From Candidatus Aminicenantia bacterium (lineage in GTDB: Bacteria > Acidobacteriota > Aminicenantia > UBA2199), in assembly GCA_041738575.1 (NCBI GenBank), contig JBGSPO010000015.1, forward strand, positions 1 to 50,981: 50,981 nucleotides of DNA, read 5' to 3'. Below, piece by piece: positions 44,336 through 50,981 of the stretch; within the stretch, counting starts at the first letter, position 1; each line of letters opens with the position of its first letter. The notes beneath the pieces were generated by a model. That model ran no database searches, was not told where the DNA came from, and saw only the letters and a list, made by a program, of their open reading frames with translations. Made by a program: the position numbers and the translations under genes.

Positions 44336-44722
44336 ATGGAACAAGAAAACCGCGTCAGGAACATCGGGCAGTGGCTGGAGCTGGAGGAGGTTTTGCCGCT
44401 ACGCAACATGATCCGGTCTTGCACCCAGGACCCGCAGCCGGACCTGTCCCTGGAAAGCATCAAGGAGTCGCTGGCCCAGGCCTACCTGGCCGCCAACCTG
44501 CGCTCGCGGAACATTCCCCTGAAGGAGTTCATGGACGACTTCGAGAAGCGGATCCTGGTTTCGTGCCTGCGCCTGGCGCAGGGCAACCAGAAGAACGTCG
44601 CCGCTGTGCTCAGCGTCAAGCCCACCTCGCTGTTCGAGAAGCTGCGCAAGCACGGCATCAGCCCCCGGCAGAGAAGACCCAGCGCGCCGGTGGCAACGAC
44701 CGCCACCGACCAGATCGCCTGA
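44336..44722 (+). CDS. small stand-alone Fis-type (HTH_8) DNA-binding protein, paralogue 1
   Basis: C-terminal FEKRILVSCLRLAQGNQKNVAAVLSVKPTSLFEKLRKHGI resembles the DNA-binding tail of NtrC-family activators. There is no receiver or AAA+ domain. AAGGAG RBS before ATG 44336. The track ORF starts at 44312. Confidence 0.72.
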   Translation: MEQENRVRNIGQWLELEEVLPLRNMIRSCTQDPQPDLSLESIKESLAQAYLAANLRSRNIPLKEFMDDFEKRILVSCLRLAQGNQKNVAAVLSVKPTSLFEKLRKHGISPRQRRPSAPVATTATDQIA

Positions 44723-44759
44723 CCCTTTAGCCGCCCGGGCGTGGCCACGGGTAGGACTT

Positions 44760-44774
44760 TGGTCATATTTTTGC
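44760..44774 (+). promoter_or_regulatory. sigma-54-like -24/-12 element (TGG-N9-TTGC)
   Basis: TGGTCATATTTTTGC has the GG-N10-GC spacing of the TGGCAC-N5-TTGC consensus and lies 75 nt upstream of GTG 44849. Single pattern match. An alternative sigma-70 reading is AGGACT-N17-CATAAT (44753-44781). Confidence 0.3.
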
Positions 44775-44848
44775 GCATAATGATTTTTCCCGGAACCATC
44801 GAGTTCCCTCATCCGTCCAATAGTGCAGAAACAGAGGATGGAGACCAA

Positions 44849-47086
44849 GTGAAAAAAATACTTTTTTGGATACTGATCCTGCTGCTGGCCGGAACGGCCA
44901 CCGCAGCGGGGGCCTCGCAGGCCGATGCCGCCAGCACCGGATCGCGGCAGAACGTCCGTTCCCTTGTTCTGGTCAAAGCCGCAACGCCCCCCGTGCTCGA
45001 CGGCTCGCTGGACGATGACGTGTGGCAGAACGCGGCCGTGGTCGACGACGCCTGGATCACCTACAACCCGGTCAACGGCAACGAGCTGCCACAGCGCACG
45101 CGGGCCTACCTGGCCTACGACGACCAGAACCTCTATTTCGCCTTCCACTGCCTGGACAGCAATCCCGACCAGATCAAGACCTCGCTGACCAAGCGCGACG
45201 GCATCTTCGAGGACGACTGGGTGGGGCTCTCGATCGATACCGTGGGCGGAAAGAAATACGGCTATGAATTCTTCGTCAATCCCAGCGGCGCCCAGGCCGA
45301 TATCTTCCGCACCGGCGACATGGAGGACTCCTCCACCGACTGGGTGTGGTACAGCGCCGGCAAGGTCGTCGGCGACGGCTACATCGTCGAGATCCGCCAG
45401 CCCCTGAAGAACATCCGTTTCGCCAGCGGCAAGGACGTGCGCATGGGGGTCATTTTATGGCGGCGCATCAGCCGCCTGGGCATAAGCGGCTCCTGGCCGC
45501 AGTTGGTCCCCGGCCAGAGCATGGGCGGCTCGCAAGCCGAAGTGCATATCGCCGAGCTGGGGCGGCCGCTGGTGCTGGAAGCCCTGCCCTCGTTCACGTA
45601 TACTTCGGGCCGGGACCGCCTCTCGCCGGCCGCCTGGTCCGGGGCCGACCAGACCCGCGACCTGGGCTTCGGCATCAAGTACGGCATCACCTCTTCCATC
45701 GTGGCCGAGGCCACGATCAACCCCGACTTCAGCCAGGTGGAAAGCGACTCGCTGCAGGTCACGGTCAACCAGCGCTACCCGGTGCTGTACTCGGAGAAGC
45801 GCCCCTTCTTCATGGAGGCGGGCAACCTGTTCGACCTGGCTGGCGTGGGCGACGGCCTGGGCAATATGGTCAGGCCCGTGCACACGCGCTCCGTGGTCGA
45901 CCCGCAGTGGGGGCTGCGCCTCACCGGCGAGCAGGGCAAAGGATCCTTTGCGCTTCTGGCTTCGGCCGACCGCTCCCCGGGCAATCCCTGGGGGGAGGGC
46001 GAGGTGAACCCCGACCTGGGCCGCAAAGCGACGTTCTGGCTCGGCCGCGGCAAGCTGGGGCTCGGCACCGACAACTACGTCGGCGTTCTCTACAGCGGCC
46101 GCGAATTCGGAGACGAGTACAACCGCGCCCTGGCCGCCGACTTCTCCTTCCGCTTCCTCAAGAACCACCAGCTGATGGGCAACTACATCCAGTCTTTCTC
46201 CAATCGCCCTGGGGCCGGCGGCGAGCATGACGGCGGCTACCTGACCGCCGAGTACGCGTTCTCCAAGGGCAACACCGCCATCCTGGCCATGGTCGAGGAC
46301 ATCGCCCCCGGCTTCCAGATGGATACCGCCTACTACCAGCGCAGCGGCATCACCACCGCCAAGTTCTACCTGCAGCAACGCTTTGTTCCCGACAAGAAGA
46401 AGCTTCCCTGGCTCCTCGGCTTCACCCCCACGATGTACGGCGCCGTCATCCGCGACAAGGTGAGCGGCATGGACGACAAGGAACTGATGTTCGAAGGCTA
46501 TCTGAACTTCATTCTCAAGGGGCAACTCGGCGCTTACCTCTACCTGGGGCAGGAGTGCTGGGCCGGCCGCGCGTTCCAGCGCACCACCAGCCAGCTGAGC
46601 ATCAGCCTGCAGCCGTTCAAATGGCTGAACGTCCATTCCTGCTACGGCTTCGGCAACGCCATCTACTACGACCCGGTCGACCCCTTCCTGGGCCACCGTA
46701 CCCAGCTCCACGCCAATTTCACACTCCAACCCACCAAGAACGTGAACCTGTTTGCCGAGCACGTCATCAGCCGCTTCCGCCGCCAGGAGACCGGGGACAA
46801 GGTCTATGACCAGGCCATCTGGCGCGGCCGCCTGACCTACCAGTTCAACTCCAAGCTCTTCGTGCGCGGCCTGGTCCAGTATGACACGTTCTACCAGCGC
46901 GTGCTGGGCGATTTCCTGGCCTCGTTCACAACCATTCCCGGCACCGTTCTCTACCTGGGCTACGGCTCGCTGAACGAGAATCAGTCCTGGACCGGCGACG
47001 GCTGGCAGCGCGGCGTGACCGGCGACCGTTTCTACCAGACGCGCCAGAGCCTTTTCTTCAAGGTCAGCTACCGTTACCAGTTCTAG
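44849..47086 (+). CDS. CBM9-like / DUF5916-family outer-membrane protein
   Basis: Signal peptide from GTG 44849 (VKKILFWILILLLAGTATAAG). N-terminal PPVLDGSLDDDVWQNAA...YLAYDDQNLYFAF...DDWVGLSIDT pattern of CBM9/DUF5916 proteins. Beta-rich C-terminal part ending ...FFKVSYRYQF. The track ORF starts at 44741. Confidence 0.82.
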   Translation: MKKILFWILILLLAGTATAAGASQADAASTGSRQNVRSLVLVKAATPPVLDGSLDDDVWQNAAVVDDAWITYNPVNGNELPQRTRAYLAYDDQNLYFAFHCLDSNPDQIKTSLTKRDGIFEDDWVGLSIDTVGGKKYGYEFFVNPSGAQADIFRTGDMEDSSTDWVWYSAGKVVGDGYIVEIRQPLKNIRFASGKDVRMGVILWRRISRLGISGSWPQLVPGQSMGGSQAEVHIAELGRPLVLEALPSFTYTSGRDRLSPAAWSGADQTRDLGFGIKYGITSSIVAEATINPDFSQVESDSLQVTVNQRYPVLYSEKRPFFMEAGNLFDLAGVGDGLGNMVRPVHTRSVVDPQWGLRLTGEQGKGSFALLASADRSPGNPWGEGEVNPDLGRKATFWLGRGKLGLGTDNYVGVLYSGREFGDEYNRALAADFSFRFLKNHQLMGNYIQSFSNRPGAGGEHDGGYLTAEYAFSKGNTAILAMVEDIAPGFQMDTAYYQRSGITTAKFYLQQRFVPDKKKLPWLLGFTPTMYGAVIRDKVSGMDDKELMFEGYLNFILKGQLGAYLYLGQECWAGRAFQRTTSQLSISLQPFKWLNVHSCYGFGNAIYYDPVDPFLGHRTQLHANFTLQPTKNVNLFAEHVISRFRRQETGDKVYDQAIWRGRLTYQFNSKLFVRGLVQYDTFYQRVLGDFLASFTTIPGTVLYLGYGSLNENQSWTGDGWQRGVTGDRFYQTRQSLFFKVSYRYQF

Positions 47087-47126
47087 GCTGCAGCATCAAA
47101 TAAGGGCAGATTTCAAAAAAATAGAT

Positions 47127-47156
47127 CGCGGGGGCCATTCTTGGGAGGCCCCCGCG
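47127..47156 (+). terminator. GC-rich hairpin after the DUF5916 gene (attenuator or weak terminator)
   Basis: cgcgggggcc (47127-47136) pairs perfectly with ggcccccgcg (47147-47156), with a 10-nt loop. It is followed by ttcc rather than a U-run. Confidence 0.4.
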
Positions 47157-47245
47157 TTCCTCCTCCCGGCGGCTGCGGCCCCGGCGCTTGCCAAAATCAT
47201 TTCGTTCTGTTACTTTCAATTGAAACCAAACCTGCGGAGGTTCAC

Positions 47246-49279
47246 ATGAAAAAATATTCCTGCCTGCTGCTGATCCTGGCCCTGGCCGCGTTCACCCCCC
47301 TGAGCGCTCAGGAAGCTGCCCAGTTCATCGATAAGGACATGGTGCAGAAAGCAAAAGCCGAGCTGCTGCAGAAGCTCGGGGAAGGCGAAAAATTCCGCAT
47401 CGAGCGCGGCGTGGAGCAGGTGGCCGGTCTATGGCGCTCCGCAGACGGCAGCGCCGGAGAATTCGCCGCTTTCTGCAGGGAAAATCTCGTTGCCGGCGGG
47501 GCGCCGCTGGAAAACCTGTTCAAGAAGCTCGAATTCTACAGTGAAGCCCTCGGCGGCCATTTCGGCGAGATGTCCCTAGACAAGGACCAGCCGGTCGACC
47601 TCGACTGGGGTGAGATCACGCCGCTGGACATTGTCATGAACGAGTTCAACCCGGCCGCCCACCTCTCCGAGGACCTGTTCCAGAGCAAGCTGGCCTTCAT
47701 CTCCCTGCTCAACTTCCCGGTGTACACCCTGGCGGAAAAGACCGCCATGGGGCCGCAGTGGGACCGCCGCCAGTGGGCCTACGCCCGCACCGCCGGCAGC
47801 AACACCACCCGCCTGCCCTCAGCCGCGAACCAGGCCATTAGCGCCAAAATGGCCGCGGCCGGGCGCTACATCTCCGACTACAACCTCTACATGGACAGCC
47901 TGCTGGGCGCGGACCTGAAGCCGCTCTTTCCCGCCGACATGAAGCTGATCTGCCATTGGGGGATCCGCGACGAGCTGAAGGCGCGCTACGCCGACAAGCT
48001 GGGGCTGCCCAAGCAGAAGGCGATCTACAAAGCCATGGAGCGCATCATCCGCCAGGAGATCCCCGAGGTCATGGTCAACTCGGGCCGCTACCAGTGGGAG
48101 CCGTTCAGCAACGCCGTCTACGACCAGGGGAAGAGGGTCGAGACCGCGCCTGAGCCCGACACGCGATATAAAACCTTCCTCGACACCTTCCAGGCCATGC
48201 GCCTGATGGACGCCTACAGCCCGCTCTATCCCGACCACATCCGCCGCAGCTTCGACGTCAACCGCGAGATCCCGGAAAAAGAGATCGACGCCATGTTCCG
48301 CGAGCTGCTCGCCTCGCCCCAGGTCAGGAAGGTGGCGGCGCTGGTCCGCAGCCGCCTGGGCCGACCGCTGCAGCCGTTTGATATCTGGTACCCGGGCCTG
48401 CGCTCCGGATCGACCCTCGCCGAGGAGGAACTGGACAAGATCGTCCGGGAGAAATACCCCGACGCCGCCGCTTTCGAAAAGGACCTGCCCAAGATCCTGG
48501 TCAGGCTCGGCTTCAGCCCGGAGCGGGCCGCCTATATCGCCCCCAAGGTGCAGGTCGACCCGGCCCGCGGTTCGGGCCATAACGCCCAGACCCAGTCCAG
48601 GAAGTTCAAGTCACGGCTGCGCACGCGTGTCGCGGCCGGCGGCATGAACTACAAGGGCTTCAACATCGCCCTGCACGAATTCGGGCATGCGGTGGAAAAC
48701 ATCCTTGACCTTTACCTCATCGACCATTATTCCCTGGCCGGCGTTCCCAATGGCGCCGTCACCGAGGCCTTTGCTTTCGTTTTCCAGGAGCGCGACCTGG
48801 AGGTGCTGGGCATTGCGGAAAACGACCCCAACCAGAAGGAGCTGAAGGTGCTCGACACCTTCTGGAGCGCCTACGAGATCATGGGCGTCTCGCTGGTGGA
48901 CATGCAGGCCTGGCACTGGCTCTACGCCCATCCGCAGGCCACCCCCGGGGAGCTGAAGCGGGCGGTTATCGCCATCGCCAAGGAGGTCTGGAACCGGTAT
49001 TACGCTCCGGTCTTCGGCGTCCGCGACCAGGTGATCCTGGCCGTCTATTCGCACATGATCGACTACACCCTCTATCTGCCGCACTACGCCCTGGGCAACG
49101 TCATCCAGTTCCAGCTCGAGGACTACCTCAAGGACAAGGTGCTGGGGCCGGAGATGGAGCGCATGTGCGCCGCCGGCAACATCCTGCCGCAGCTGTGGAT
49201 GAAGAACGCGGTGGGCTCGGAGATCTCGGTCAAGCCGCTGTTGAAGGCCGTGGACCGCGCCCTGAAGTTGGCCAAATAA
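47246..49279 (+). CDS. secreted HEXXH zinc metallopeptidase, M3-like gluzincin (family not firmly assigned)
   Basis: Signal peptide MKKYSCLLLILALAAFTPLSA/QE. HEFGH at 48674-48688 with a downstream TEAFA Glu about 25 residues later. GGAGG RBS. The track ORF starts at 47141. Confidence 0.78.
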   Translation: MKKYSCLLLILALAAFTPLSAQEAAQFIDKDMVQKAKAELLQKLGEGEKFRIERGVEQVAGLWRSADGSAGEFAAFCRENLVAGGAPLENLFKKLEFYSEALGGHFGEMSLDKDQPVDLDWGEITPLDIVMNEFNPAAHLSEDLFQSKLAFISLLNFPVYTLAEKTAMGPQWDRRQWAYARTAGSNTTRLPSAANQAISAKMAAAGRYISDYNLYMDSLLGADLKPLFPADMKLICHWGIRDELKARYADKLGLPKQKAIYKAMERIIRQEIPEVMVNSGRYQWEPFSNAVYDQGKRVETAPEPDTRYKTFLDTFQAMRLMDAYSPLYPDHIRRSFDVNREIPEKEIDAMFRELLASPQVRKVAALVRSRLGRPLQPFDIWYPGLRSGSTLAEEELDKIVREKYPDAAAFEKDLPKILVRLGFSPERAAYIAPKVQVDPARGSGHNAQTQSRKFKSRLRTRVAAGGMNYKGFNIALHEFGHAVENILDLYLIDHYSLAGVPNGAVTEAFAFVFQERDLEVLGIAENDPNQKELKVLDTFWSAYEIMGVSLVDMQAWHWLYAHPQATPGELKRAVIAIAKEVWNRYYAPVFGVRDQVILAVYSHMIDYTLYLPHYALGNVIQFQLEDYLKDKVLGPEMERMCAAGNILPQLWMKNAVGSEISVKPLLKAVDRALKLAK

Positions 49280-49535
49280 TCACAATAGGTTGAAGTTCGA
49301 CGTTTGGCGTTCGATGTTCGACATGGAATAAAGACAAGACTTTGCGCCAACTGAGGCGTATTCATATTATACAAAGATCCCGAATGACAAACCGCTAACC
49401 GTTCCGGGCCAATATGACTTTAATCCTATCGGGCGAGCGAATAAACCTGCAGGTTGATAATGAAGAATCAATCTCCAGCCTGATATTCCAAGCTGTTTTT
49501 CATGCGTATTGTAGTTGTGAAAGCGAGGTGAACAC

Positions 49536-49955
49536 ATGAACGAAAAAATGACCGTCAGCCAATCGCGGATGGAGCCCGACAGTTCCTGGAACCCGCCCGC
49601 TCCGGTGCTTGACCACCCCTGGGTGCTGGACCCACCCCAGGTGCGGGGGGCGCTCTGGGCCGATCCGCAAGCCATGAACTCCCTGAATGAGGTCATGGAA
49701 TCGCTGGTCTCCACCTACCTGGCCGCCAGCATGAACTTCAAGGGCATTCCCCTGAAGGAATTCATGGACAGCTGCGAGAAGCAGATACTGCTCGCCTGCC
49801 TGCACCTGACCCAGGGTCATCAGCGGAACGCCGCCGCCCTGCTCGGCTTGAAGGCCACCGCCTTGTTCGAAAAAATGCGCAAGCATTGCATCAACGGCAG
49901 AAAGCTCAAATTGGCGCCTAAGCTGCGCGGGACGGACTCCCTGGCGAGCGAGTGA
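49536..49955 (+). CDS. small stand-alone Fis-type (HTH_8) DNA-binding protein, paralogue 2
   Basis: IPLKEFMDSCEKQILLACLHLTQGHQRNAAALLGLKATALFEKMRKHCI aligns with paralogue 1 over about 70 residues. The same gaacacATG start context is present. Confidence 0.72.
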   Translation: MNEKMTVSQSRMEPDSSWNPPAPVLDHPWVLDPPQVRGALWADPQAMNSLNEVMESLVSTYLAASMNFKGIPLKEFMDSCEKQILLACLHLTQGHQRNAAALLGLKATALFEKMRKHCINGRKLKLAPKLRGTDSLASE

Positions 49956-50087
49956 AGCCGGTCCCGCACCCGGGGCACTCCTGGCCAAGAATGTGACTTT
50001 TTCCCCATGGGAATTCGTGGAGATCGCGATATTGTTACCTAGGAAAGAGAGGGCCAGGAAGCCGGAAATGAGCCGAACGAGGACGGA

Positions 50088-50981
50088 ATGAACAAGGGTT
50101 TCTCTGCCGGGAGCCGACGCGAGTTTATCAAGCAGGCCGGGCACATTGCCGCGCTGATGTGCCTGGCTTCCACGCGGCTTTTTCCCCTGCGCAAATCGAG
50201 CCGGCCCCAGACGCCGGATGCGCTCCCCTGTTTCCGCTGGCGGAGCGTTTCGCTCCGCCACCTGCCGGAAATGCAGGAATGGATGGCCAGGCTGGACTGG
50301 GCGGGCAGGCTCAGCCAGGACAAGACCTGGCGGAAGTATATCGGCGGGTTCGCATATGGGCCGCCCCCGGCCGCGCAGCGCGCCCGCTCGCTCATCATCA
50401 TGGCCACTCCCCTCAGGATATCCAGGATCGTTTTCCAACCCGGAGGCAGCCGGCGCACGGTGCTGATCCCCAGCGGCTACGTCGATGACGGGCATACCCT
50501 GGCCGACTACCGGGACATGCTCTACCAGGGCGGCATCGTGCCCAAGGGCAGCCGCCTGGAGCCGGCCAGGCTGCCGTTGAAGCAGCTGGCGGTCCGCAGC
50601 GGCCTGGCCACCTACGGCAGGAACAATATCACCTACATCGACGGCTATGGCAGCTTCCACCAACTGCTGGCCTTTTACAGCGAGCAGGCATTGGAGGACC
50701 ATTGGCGGCCCTTGCAGATGCTGCGCGAATGCAAAGGCTGCTCCATCTGCCTGCAGGCGTGCCCCACCGGGGCGATCCGCCGCAACGACTTCATCATCGA
50801 CCCGGGCCGCTGCCTCACGCTCTTCAACGAGCTTCCAGACCCCATCCCCAGCTGGATCCCGTCATCCGCCCACAACGCACTGGTCGGCTGCCTGCAGTGC
50901 CAGTTGACCTGCCCGGGCGACATTGAGGTGATCGGGGAGCAGTGGGACCTGGGCATGGTATCGGAAGCGGAAACGGCGGCG
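50088..50981 (+). CDS. Tat-signal 4Fe-4S protein of the QueG / reductive-dehalogenase-like family (3' partial, runs off the window)
   Basis: Own translation, since the ORF has no stop and is absent from the track: MNKGFSAGSRREFIKQAGHIAALMCLAS... (twin-arginine motif). Later come ...GLATYGRNNITYIDGYGSFHQL...CKGCSICLQACPTGAI...GCLQCQLTCPGD. Open for 298 codons to the window end. Confidence 0.72.
   Translation, partial: MNKGFSAGSRREFIKQAGHIAALMCLASTRLFPLRKSSRPQTPDALPCFRWRSVSLRHLPEMQEWMARLDWAGRLSQDKTWRKYIGGFAYGPPPAAQRARSLIIMATPLRISRIVFQPGGSRRTVLIPSGYVDDGHTLADYRDMLYQGGIVPKGSRLEPARLPLKQLAVRSGLATYGRNNITYIDGYGSFHQLLAFYSEQALEDHWRPLQMLRECKGCSICLQACPTGAIRRNDFIIDPGRCLTLFNELPDPIPSWIPSSAHNALVGCLQCQLTCPGDIEVIGEQWDLGMVSEAETAA

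Noticed and set aside
49500-50702. 400-aa minus-strand ORF spanning HTH_8 paralogue 2, the intergenic spacer and the start of the Fe-S gene.
   Set aside because: It has the antisense-type composition and no recognisable domain. The plus strand carries two well-supported genes with RBSs. It is unusual only in crossing a spacer, which I attribute to GC bias.

Overview
51-kb bacterial chromosomal window in three parts. All family calls rest on motifs read by eye from the translations; no similarity search, folding or statistics program was run.
(1) 1-7.9 kb, high GC: the tail of an ECF/Cbi-type transporter operon (SAM methyltransferase, EcfT/CbiQ, EcfA/CbiO), a secreted C69 dipeptidase, a predicted outer-membrane beta-barrel and a secreted M3A Dcp-like peptidase.
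(2) About 8.2-37.8 kb, visibly lower and mosaic GC (hand counts: about 42% in sequence line 11041 versus about 62% in line 40441). It holds a TPR lipoprotein and two flavodoxin-fold genes. These are followed by a ~27-kb glycan assembly locus on the minus strand only, 10518-37820, with 20 intact genes and one pseudogene. The locus contains:
- a PglF/PglE/PglC-like amino-sugar initiation module with a GNAT acetyltransferase
- two Wzy_C-type membrane proteins, Wzx and Wzz
- GT2, GT4 and GT2 glycosyltransferases
- a pyruvyltransferase fused to an FrhB-like Fe-S domain
- three methyltransferases and AsnB
- a polyprenyl-phosphate GT2 next to a large polytopic membrane protein
- a sulfatase-fold lipoprotein
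- a decayed wecB.
(3) 37.9-51 kb, high GC: a secreted protein with a tandem Ig-like domain duplication, PepF (M3B), and a beta-propeller/YYY-TM-LuxR one-component sensor. After these come two copies of a module made of a minimal Fis-type (HTH_8) protein followed by exported-protein genes. Copy 1 precedes a CBM9/DUF5916 outer-membrane protein and a HEXXH metallopeptidase. Copy 2 precedes a Tat-signal QueG/RdhA-like Fe-S protein that is cut by the window end.
No rRNA, tRNA, CRISPR array, transposase, integrase or phage gene was recognised.
Best candidates for something undescribed:
- the duplicated minimal-HTH_8 regulator module with shared upstream boxes, beside the LuxR-type sensor
- the 275-bp inverted-repeat-bounded AT-rich cassette upstream of the dipeptidase gene
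- several unusual enzymes in the glycan locus (the pyruvyltransferase-FrhB fusion, an orphan with a ParB/Srx-like motif, and a Wzy_C protein with an extra C-terminal domain).
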